64,000 bases of DNA, taken from positions 62,001 to 126,000 of the forward strand of contig NW_026250432.1 of the NCBI RefSeq assembly GCF_024521635.1, read 5' to 3'. The translations under genes and the position numbers were made by a program. This document shows positions 1 through 10,403 of this stretch, piece by piece. This DNA is from Tricharina praecox (lineage: Eukaryota). Below the pieces are notes generated by a model, which was not told where the DNA came from, searched no databases, and saw nothing but the letters and a program-made list of their open reading frames with translations. The number at the start of each line of letters is the position of its first letter. Position 1 is the first letter of the stretch.

Positions 1-2672
1 GCTACGAATATCATGTCCATCGACGAAGCGCATAAGGCTCGGGAGCAGGGGGCGAGCATGCGGAGGCTGTCCTGGGTAACAGTAGGTTCCGCCGGTGAAT
101 GTATTTCCGCAATGACGCTGACGGTTTTCAGTTTATATTTTTACCCCTCCTCTTCGTGGCGGTAAGTGGCCTTGAATGCGAAATTTTACCCATCCGCTAA
201 TAATCATGCTAGAGTTTATACGGTATGAATGTGGGTATTCCGATACACCCCCTCACCCCCTCCGAACAACATTGCTAACCTGTAGATTAGGTGGATGCTA
301 CCGAAAACAACCCAACATGGACGACCTTCTTCTACATCGCCGTACCAGTTTTTACCGTCGTTATGTTGAGTGTGTTGATACTTAAGTTCCGCAAGGGGCT
401 CCGGAGTTTCTTACCCAACCCAGCAATCCGCACGAAACGCAACCAGAATAACGGCGGCGACATAGAGAATCAGAAGGCCGAACTTCACAGCATGAGCATC
501 CCCTTGATCTCAGCGATCGAGCAAGATATGGTCGCCGTCGTCGAGCAGTATCTTGTCGAGCGGAGTGACATCGATAGAGACATTCCCGAACGCGGGAATG
601 CACTACAATGTGCGTTGATTGCGGGAAGTTTGGGTGTGACTACCCTTCTTCTGGAAAAGAAAGCGGATGTCAATGCAGCGCCAGGACCATACCGCGGCGG
701 AAGAACCGCCCTCCAAGCAGCATCGGAAGGACGCCACCTTGAAGTGGTGGATCGACTCTTGGAGAAGGGGGCCGATGTCAACGCAGATCCAGCACGTCAT
801 TCCGGAAGAACCGCCCTACAAGCAGCATCGGAAGGAGGCCACCTTGAAGTGGTGGATCGACTCTTGGAGAAGGGGGCTGATGTCAACGCAGATCCAGCAG
901 GTCATTCCGGAAGAACCGCCCTACAAGCAGCATCGCAAGGAGGCCACCTTGAAGTGGTGGATCGACTCTTGGAGAAGGGGGCCACTGTCAACGCAGCGCC
1001 AGCAAGATTTTCCGGAAGAACCGCCCTACAAGCAGCATCGGAAGGAGGCCACCTTGGAGTGGTGGATCGACTCTTGGAGAAGGGGGCCGATGTCAACGCA
1101 GATCCAGCACATGGTTCCGGAAGAACCGCCCTACAAGCAGCATCGGAAGGAGGCCACCTTGGAGTGGTGGATCGACTCTTGGAGAAGGGGGCCGATGTCA
1201 ACGCAGATCCAGCATTTGATTCCGGAAGAACCGCCCTACAAGCAGCATCGGAAGCAGGCCACCTTGGAGTGGTGGATCGACTCTTGGAGAAGGGGGCCAC
1301 TGTCAACGCAGATCCAGCATTTGATTCCGGAAGAACCGCCCTACAAGCAGCATCGGAAGGAGGCCACCTTGGAGTGGTGGATCGACTCTTGGAGAAGGGG
1401 GCCACTGTCAACGCAGATCCAGCATTTGATTCCGGAAGAACCGCCCTACAAGCAGCATCGGAAGCAGGCCACCTTGAAGTGGTGGATCGACTCTTGGAGG
1501 AGGGGGCCACTGTCAACGCAGATCCAGCAAGTCGTTCCGGAAGAACCGCCCTACAAGCAGCATCGGAAGGAGGCCACCTTGAAGTGGTGGATCGACTCTT
1601 GGAGAAGGGGGCCGATGTCAACGCAGATCCAGCAGGTCATCCCGGAAGAACCGCCCTACAAGCAGCATCGGAAGGAGGCCACCTTGAAGTGGTGGATCGA
1701 CTCTTGGAGAAGGGGGCCGATGTCAACGCAGCGCCATCAGATTGGCACGGAAGAACTGCCCTACAAGCAGCATCGGAAGGAGGCCACCTTGAAGTGGTGG
1801 ATCGACTCTTGGAGAAGGGGGCCACTGTCAACGCAGATCCAGCAGGTGATTCCGGAAGAACCGCCCTACAAGCAGCATCGGAAGGAGGCCACCTTGGAGT
1901 GGTGGATCGACTCTTGGAGAAGGGGGCCGATGTCAACGCAGATCCAGCATATGATTACGGAAGAACCGCCCTACAAGCAGCATCGGAAGGAGGCCACCTT
2001 GGAGTGGTGGATCGACTCTTGGAGGAGGGGGCCACTGTCAACGCAGATCCAGCAAGTCGTTCCGGAAGAACCGCCCTACAAGCAGCATCGGAAGGAGGCC
2101 ACCTTGAAGTGGTGGATCGACTCTTGGAGAAGGGGGCCGATGTCAACGCAGATCCAGCAGGTCATTCCGGAAGAACCGCCCTCCAAGCAGCATCGGAAGG
2201 AGGCCACCTTGGAGTGGTGGATCGACTCTTGGCGATGAGGGCCCGTGTCAACGCAGCACCGGCAGGATGTAGAGGAAGAACAGCCCTACAAGCAGCATCG
2301 GAAGGAGGCCACCTTGGAGTGGTGGATCGACTCTTGGAGAAGGGGGCCGATGTCAACGCAGATCCAGCAGGTGATTCCGGAAGAACCGCCCTACAAGCAG
2401 CATCGCAAGGAGGCCACCTTGAAGTGGTGGATCGACTCTTGGAGAAGGGGGCCGATGTCAACGCAGCGCCAGCATATTGGTACGGAAGAACCGCCCTACA
2501 AGCAGCATCGGAAGGAGGCCACCTTGGAGTGGTGGATCGACTCTTGGAGAAGGGGGCCGATGTCAACGCAGCGCCAGAATCTTATTCCGGAAGAACCGCC
2601 CTACAAACAGCATCGGAAGGAGGCCACCTTAGAGTTGGGGAACGGCTACGTGCAGCAGGCGCAACTGAATAA
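1..2672 (+). CDS. CorA-like TM + ankyrin-repeat protein, paralogue 1 (5' part lies outside the window)
   Basis: Manual splicing of exons 1-81, 132-161, 213-230 and 291-2672 gives ...SIDEAHKAREQGASMRRLSWVT-FIFLPLLFVA-SLYGMN-VDATENNPTWTTFFYIAVPVFTVVMLSVLIL, i.e. a CorA-like TM1-GMN-TM2 module. It is followed by 19 GRTALQAASEGGHLxVVDRLLEKGAxVNA ankyrin units with no internal stop. Confidence 0.88.
660..2669 (+). repeat. Coding tandem array of 19 near-identical 105-bp (35-aa) ankyrin repeats
   Basis: GGAAGAACCGCCCTACAAGCAGCATCGGAAGGAGGCCACCTTG... recurs with a 105-bp period. Loop variants in order: YRG, RHS, GHS, RFS, HGS, FDS, FDS, FDS, SRS, GHP, DWH, GDS, YDY, SRS, GHS, GCR, GDS, YWY, SYS. Confidence 0.97.
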
Positions 2673-3178
2673 GGTAGAAGCCATTCCTGGAATCCACTTT
2701 TTCCTGGTTATTAATACTTATTATGATTGACGACAGATTATGCATGTTTCAGATCGGTTTACGACCGGTTAGCGAGATAGAGCGGGTGTTGGTATTCAGG
2801 ATCATCGTGTCCCGTCGATGGATGACGTACGACGATACATTTGTTTTTTTTTTGTACATGCATGATGGATGTCGATATTTTGCCTGTTATCCTCGATCTA
2901 TTGGTTTCAATTTTCTCTTTCTCTCTAAATGCTTTACTATTGTTGGTAATTCGTTTTGTATCAGGTTGTACTGATACTCCCTCACTGCCGCACTACGTGA
3001 GGAATGGGGTTATTGGTGTCTGGATGTGATACTGTCGGAGATGGATAATGAGGTACTTTGACAAACATTGAGCAAGGCGACGAGTGCTTATTTTCTTCCT
3101 CCGGTGTACGTAGCCCACCTTCGCGGGTATCGTAGTGGCGACATGGTATCATACCTATACATGTTGGGGTTTATTCGT
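2673..3178 (+). repeat. 3' flank of paralogue 1, duplicated at 23054-23559
   Basis: About 500 bp matches the flank after paralogue 4 (offset 20,381). By eye only three substitutions were seen, near 3090, 3133 and 3164. Confidence 0.95.
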
Positions 3179-4603
3179 TCAATGCCCAACGTCTTTCAGC
3201 ATACCTATCCGTTTGGGCGTCGAGGTGGAACATCAATGCCAGAAACTGTGACTATAAAAGTTTGGTTGAGATGGTGGAGCTGGCTTGCCGCTGGACTATC
3301 CACGTGATAGAAGGTTCTCTCGAACAGTCTCCCCAACTTAACATCGCACCCTTGGGCCTTGGAGGGATCGCTTGTCTAGCGCCGCACCGCGGCTTTGGGA
3401 CGTCACAATGCGAGCCTATTGGCCTGGCATTTAGCGAGAGCCGGCAATTGACGTAGAGGACTGGGGTGGGTCGGCTACTGACTACTAGTAGCACGTAGTT
3501 CAGCCCGGACGCGACGTCGTCGTTCACCTTCTCGAGATCACGAGGAATATTTGCTATGTATGTAGATGGCAGCCCGTCCGCGTCAGGTTAATTCAAGATG
3601 CGAGGAAATCTTCAGCGAAAACTGGAGACTGGAGACTAGTGCTCATATCCACCTATCATGAGCACGAGAGAGTGAGAGTAAGAGTCGTGGATAATTCTCG
3701 TGCCCCTTCAAGCGACTCCGGCGGCCCGTCGTTCTAGTGTATTGACGTCGCGACACCCGTAGGTAATTATAGAAGGTACCTATCTCAAATACGGAGACCT
3801 AGCAATTCAAATCGAGACCATCCGTTCCGCCTTGGGCACAGGTAATCGGACCTATGGCAGTACCTACTTGAACAAGTACCCATGTATTTACTCACTGGTT
3901 GCCTTTCGTTCCGTCCGGTCGAGAAATACCTATTGGATGGAGCCGCCGTGAAACGTGCGCAGGGCGGTTGTCATAGTTACAAGGTGTGTATCGAGATTCT
4001 ATGCACTCACATCACGAACATAACTCCGCCCTGAAACCTGTGTACATGAGGATTCATGCGAGCTCAAGTTTGCACTGGTATGATACAATATCCCTACCAT
4101 GACCACCTGTTGTTCACCATGTGGTCCCCGCAGCGAATCCGAATACGAAAAAGAATGTCTCTCGGTGTCCTCTGCTCTCATGCAACTTGACTCCGGTTGT
4201 TATCGGTAGGCCAGCCGGCCCGCGTTCTGGCCACTCACCTGGTATGCATTTATGTCCCGTCCCATAGCATTTGTTTGTACGATACTCTACAGACTGTGGG
4301 TAACTGCTACATGACTACTGGTAGCTGGCGTGCATACATGTCTCACTTCTGCAGCGCGAACAAACTGTCAAAATCCCTAAAAGCACATTTTACCTAATGG
4401 ACCATGTACAGCGAACCACGCGTCTCTGTCATCTTTCCATCTCTCCATCTCTCCATATCTTCATCTCCCCGCCACATCGCCCAATAACTACCGGAAGCCC
4501 CCCCCTCCTCACGTATATACTCGACGAATTCGAAACCGGCTTGCACTGCTCTACAGCCCTTTAGCTCCGTATACTTTACCACCAGCGAACCGTGTCGATA
4601 CCT

Positions 4604-7600
4604 ATGAGCTATCCGGTTCCACCTACGCCGCTGCTCATGCAGGTTTGGATTGGCGATCGTCACTGGAAGATCCATACCAGAGAAGATCTGCAAGAGCTAC
4701 TTTGTGAGGTCGACGCGACGGTATGTAGGCTCATCAGGTGTTTGTCGCTGTATCTATGAGCCTGCTGTCCATCGCTGACAAGCATCGTTTGCAAGGACAA
4801 GCCAGGGCTCTTCAAGTTGGTGCCTCCTCCGACTCTACGGGGTACAAGGCCTGGATCTGTTTTCTAACTCCAATCAGCCTCACACCGGATATCGCAGACT
4901 GGCTATTGGACATGCTGTGCCAGCGGTTCGGGAAGCTGTTGAACCAGTCCAATATACCGACTATTCTGGGGGCAGCGAATGTGAGCCGCCCCGCCGGATC
5001 TTTGGGATCTTTGGGATCTCTGGGATTCTCGGCGGCTCAGGAGAGCTCCTTGTGTGACTGCAAAACATGTTTGGAGAATCGGGGGTCGCCTTGTGATATG
5101 TGCTGGATGACTCCCGGGTATTTCCCCTGTTGAACGTCACTGACGGCGAAGCTCGCGGTTCTTGGATACAAATCCCAGCCTACGAAGAGGTGTCAGTGCA
5201 CGAACAATTGGGCGTTTCGAAACAACCGCCCGAGGGAGGCCACTCCCTATTGGTGGATATCAAGTCTGACGACGAGAAGATGACCTTCTACCCTTCATAG
5301 CAAGCGCCCGACTTTGAAGGCCATCACGCAAAGCTGACGACCGGAAGCCGTACGTTTATTCGGCGAGAACGTTTCGTGTTCTACTGCCTGACCAACGGAG
5401 CTGGCAGACTGTTTTTCTTCAACACACGCTGGAAGAATACCGAAGCCAGCCGCCGACGTACGACTACGCCCGCAGCGCTTCTGGCCAGTTGTCTCAACGA
5501 TGTGTGCGATGACTGGGATAAGCTCATCAAATGCTATCGGCAATTGTTGTCCGACGCGGTGAGTCCTCCGTTGCGTGTTTCGGCGAGCACAATTCTCACG
5601 TCCACGGTAGAGCAAACGTATCCTGAGCGAGGGCGAACTGAACTCTCGACGCTTCATCCGCTCTTTGGTTATTGTTGCCGATAATGCCACCCGACTGGAA
5701 TCTGCACAACACGAGCAGATGCAGAGCATCGAGGCTTTGATGACGAACGGTGGTGGGACGCAGTGGTTTCGACCGCTGGTGAGCAACGTTTGGGGTGAGG
5801 GGAGAGAAGAGTACCTTGGCAATTTAGAAGGCGATGAAGCCAAATTGTGCCGTTCCGATCTCGCGAAAGCAACAGACCGGCTTGCAAAAGTTGGCGAAGC
5901 CATAGAAAGCGGATTGAGTAAGAGGATTGATTTATTGTTTCAGAGGGTATGCCAAACATCCGCACTTCCGCAGGCTTCGTCTAATCTTTCTGCGCGAAGG
6001 CTTCCAATATCGTTTCCATCGACGAGGCATCCAAAGCTGGAGAGCAGAATACTAGTATCAAGAGATTATCCTGGATTACTGTAAACCCATCCACCGCAAC
6101 ACTCTCTTGGACTGGCTAACCATATGAAATGTGGTCAGTTCATTTTCTTGCCGTTGCTTTTCGTATCTGTAGGTTACACTTCGTCCGGAAAAATTTGCGA
6201 ACTGCCATCTAATTGTACGATAGAGTTTATACGGAATGAACGTCGACTTGGTTGCAAACAACCTCAATGGACCACATCTTTCTACATTGCGGCACCAGTG
6301 TTTGCCGGCGTGATGCTGACGGTGATTTTCCTAAAGTACCTACGAGAGCCAAGGCAGAAATTCACCTCGAGGCTTATCCATGCCGTGTCCGAAATCACGA
6401 AACGGTTTCGGTTAGGAAAGTCCAAGAACGCCGACGAAGAAAACCAGGTCACCTCTACGGCCGTAGACCATCGGTATAAAGGATCCTTCTTTCTTGCGCT
6501 GCGCTCAGGACACCGGGTGACAGCCGGAAATCTGCTCGAGGTCGGGGTTGTCGACGGAACCTAGCATGACGGGAGAAAGACGGGTTTGCAATATGCCGCT
6601 GGCTAAGGCTACAGCGATATTGTGGAACGATTGTTGGCGATGGGTGCCGATGTCCACGCGAAGCCTTTTCCGGATGGCGGTAGGACCGCGCTGCAAGCTG
6701 CAGCGGAAGGCGGCCACCTTGCAATAGTGAAGCGACTCCTAGAGCATGCGGCTTACGTCAACACGGCACTGGCACAATGCGATGGACGGACAGCCCTACA
6801 GGCAGGCAGCATCGGAAGGAGGCCATATCGAAGTGGTAAACGAGCTCTTGGAAAATGGGGCCGATGTCAACGCAGCACCAGCGGATCGTGGAGGAAGAAC
6901 AGCCGTGCAGGCGGCATGTGGGAGAGGCCATCTCGCAGTGGTTCGAAGGCTCTTGGAAGAGGGAGCTGAGGTCGCCGCGGCCCCAGCAAGAAGGGGAGGA
7001 TGGACAGCCCTACAGGCTGCATCGGAAAGAGGCCACCTTGAAGTGGTGAATCAACTCTTCGAGAAGGGAACCGAGGTCAACGCACCGCCGGCACAACACG
7101 GCGGAAGAACAGCTCTCCAGGCAGCCTCGGAAGGAGGTCACCTTGAAGTTTTCGAACGGCTGCTGGGAGAGGACGCGGAGGTAGCCGCGGCAGCTGCGGG
7201 AAGGAGAGGGAGAACAGCCCTGCAGGCAGCATCGGGGAGAGGCCACCTTGCAGTGGTAAATCACCTCTTGGCTAACGGCACCGAGGTCAACACAGCCCCA
7301 GCAGAACACCACGGAAGAACAGCCCTACAAGCAGCATCCGAAGGAGGTCACCTTGCAGTAGTCGGGCGGCTCTTGACAAAAGAAGCCGATGTCAACGCAG
7401 CGCCAGCAAAACACGGAAGAACAGCTCTACAGGCAGCATCTGGAGGTGGACATCTTGTAGTAGTCGAGCGGTTGCTGAGGAATGGGGCCACTGTAAACGC
7501 AGATCCAGCGGCTTGCGAAGGAAGAACAGCCCTGCAGGCAGCATCCGGAGGTGGCCACCTTTCAGTAGCGGACCGTCTCTTGGAAAAGGGAGCCGATGTC

Positions 7601-9064
7601 AACGCAGCTCCAGCGGAAGAACTCGGACGGACAGCCCTACACGCCGCATCGGAAGGCGGCCATCTTGCCCTCGTCGAGCGACTCCTGGATAAGGGTGCCG
7701 ATGTCAATACAGAGCCAGCTGGGGATAATGGAAGAACTGCCCTGCAGGCAGCATCGGAAAGAGGGCATCTTGCAATAGTTGACCATCTGCTGGAGAATCG
7801 AGCTGAAGTTCAAGCGGCACCAGCAAGGACGAAAGGAAGAACGGCTCTGCAGGCAGCATCCGAAGGAGGTCATCTTTCGGTGGTGCAACAGCTCCTGGAC
7901 TCGGGGGCCAAAGTTAAAGAATTGCCGTCCAGCTCGGGCAGAACAGCCCTTCAAGCAGCATCGGAAGGAGGTCATCTGGCGGTAGTGAATCACCTCCTGG
8001 TGAACGATGCTGAGGTCAACGCACCGCCAGCGCAACCGGAAGGTCGAACAGCCTTACAAGCAGCTTCGGAAGGAGGCCACCTCGAGGTACTGAACCGACT
8101 CCTGGAGAAGGGGGCCGATGTCAATGCCGCACCCACAGCAGCACGCGGAAGAACAGCTCTACAAGCAGCCTCGGAAAGAGGTCACCTCGAAGTCGTCGGT
8201 CGACTATTGGAGGAGGCGGCCGAAGTCAACGCAACGCCAGCTGAACTTTACGGACGAACGGCTCTCCAGGCTGCGTCTGGAGGAGGCCATCATGCTGTCG
8301 TGGATAAACTCTTGGAGAAGCAGGCCGAAGTCAACGCAGCGCCAGCAAGATGGGGAGGAAGAACGGCTCTACAGGCGGCATCCGGAGGAGGCTATCTTGC
8401 AGTAGTTAATCAACTCTTGGAGAAGCAGGCTGATGTCAACGCAGTGCCGGCGGAATCCAAAAGAAGAACCGCCTGGCAAGCCGCATCGGAAGCAGGCCAT
8501 CTTCGAATAGTGGAGCGGCTCCTGAAGAAGGGGGCTAATGTTAATGCAGCCCCAGCAGGCGACGGCGGACGTACGGCTCTGCAAGCAGCATCGAAAGGAG
8601 GCCATCGCGCGGTAGTTGAGCGGCTTCTCAGAAAGGGAGCCAATGTCAACGCTGCCCCTGCAAACTCCGAAGGACGAACAGCTCTACAGGCAGCATCAGA
8701 AGGAGGCCATGTTACAGTAGTCGAGCGACTCTTGGAGAAGGGGGCCGATGTCGATGCCGCGCCAGCAGAATACGGACGAACTGCGCTACACGCAGCATGC
8801 AAAGGCGGGTATCTTGCCATTGTGGAGCTGCTCATCGTGCACGGGGCTAAAATCAACGCCGCACCCTCGAACGGGGGACGAACGGCGTTACAGGCAGCAT
8901 CGGAAGGAGGCCACCTGGGAGCAGTGAATCGATTGCTAGAGCACGGCGCCGATGCCACTGCTGCGGCAGCAATATATGGCGGGAAAACAGCCCTGCAAGC
9001 AGCGGCGGAAGGAGGCCATAAGGCAGTCGTCGAACGACTGACTGATCGGGGCGCAACCAAGTAA
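4604..9064 (+). pseudogene. CorA-like TM + ankyrin paralogue 2, disrupted
   Basis: ATG at 4604 (MSYPVPPTPLLMQVWIGD) is homologous to the starts of paralogues 3 and 4. FIFLPLLFVS/YGMNVDL module at ~6140-6260, then ~23 divergent ANK units. Lesions: in-frame TAG 6562 (Trp in paralogues), TAA 6604, 4-bp duplication frameshift near 6800-6807, and an apparent GT>AT donor loss at 5096. Confidence 0.82.
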
Positions 9065-10403
9065 TGTGCGTTCGGCTCTGGAATCCCTTCCTTCCCAGTC
9101 ACCGGTGTCCATACTAACTTCCGGTTCGGATTGTAGATCCCAGAAGCCGCCGACAGGGCCGACAACGAGGCTGTGCACCAGCTAGATGAGGTTATGGTGG
9201 TATGCGACGTCACTTTGTTCTGGCTCGCGATTAGATACGGATGACGGCCGACGAATGATGATTTTGGTAGCTTGTTTCGTTGTTCCGCGGGCGATGATAG
9301 AGGATGATGTTGGGTTCTTTTTCCGGATTTATCGGTTTAATTTTTATATTTTCCCTCTCGAAATGATAGGAAAGGGCTTTTCTGCACTGATATGGTACTA
9401 ATAATGCTGTTTATTCCTTTCGTATTTTTAGTCTGTCATGTATCTACATGGTGTTTATTGCTGAATCCCGACTCTGTCAAGGCTCGGGGAGATGTTTATC
9501 CCGATTATACTGGTTTAGAATAGGTAGCCTATCTGCGGGTTGCGGAAGTATATGGTCTTCCGAATCCAGAACATCACGATGCTTTTGTCGATGCGAGAAT
9601 GGTTACAAGAAAACGCTGGATGTGGGCGTCTGCGGGTATCACTGTCGTTTGCTACCACCATGAGAGGAGCACAGTATGCTAGGATAACGAGATTGGGGAT
9701 CTGATAAGATACCTAGGAGGATGTGAGGCTGTCAGCCGTACTAGCCGGATTGGTTGACACCGAACGTTTTAGGCGGCTGAGGAGAGCCAAAGTACTGGAG
9801 TAGATGGCCCTTCGAAGTTCAATACAACCTCAAGTTCTTCATCATCTTTCGTTTTCGCCGCCTACCTTCCAAGGCTACGTCAAGCATCCCTAACGCTCAC
9901 GATAGGCAGCTAAGTACCTGGGTACTTGCGCTGTGTCGAGTCATGGCGCAGTCGAAAACCCGCAACCACGGTACAAGGTAGAAGGAAATATATGTTCTCG
10001 AGGCGCTGGTGCGCCCAATCAAGTCCAAAGTTCAGATTCGGCACCCACCAGATTACTGTATGGGCTGAGTCAACTCCGCTCTGGCTGTGCGATAAGTCGA
10101 CAGCTGTGCCGCACATGTATCTACCATCTACATACATATAGGCAGTACTCTCTGAGCAGGGACCCGGGAACCTCGCGTCTATAGTATTGCCGTCTCCACC
10201 TCTCCGCGCAACACTAACTTTCCCGCATAGGTTCCGGTAGTGAAGTAATTATCGGCCGCTCTCGGATTTCACGCACTGCATATACTAATTCAAGCTCGAC
10301 TTCAAGGTCGCCCTGCCTGCGCCCAAGAGAAGAACCGTCAGTTGGGTAGATAGGTATCTTTCGACTGTTAGTCACGCCCTCTGGCTGCGACAGCATTCCG
10401 GAA

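Noticed and set aside
667..2238. Long alternative-frame ORFs (523 aa here, 828 aa at 20133-22619) and antisense ORFs over the arrays
   Set aside because: They arise because the 105-bp unit has no stop in those frames, and they end at the single atypical GCR unit. There is no independent coding signal.
660..2669. CRISPR array or TALE-like DNA-binding repeats
   Set aside because: The context is eukaryotic, the repeats are in-frame coding units with a clear ankyrin consensus, the variable part is only ~9-12 nt, and no cas genes are present.
6562..6564. TAG at a conserved Trp as an A-to-I editing-corrected stop
   Set aside because: A TAA at 6604, a frameshift near 6800 and a lost splice donor in the same gene cannot be repaired by editing, so pseudogenisation is simpler.
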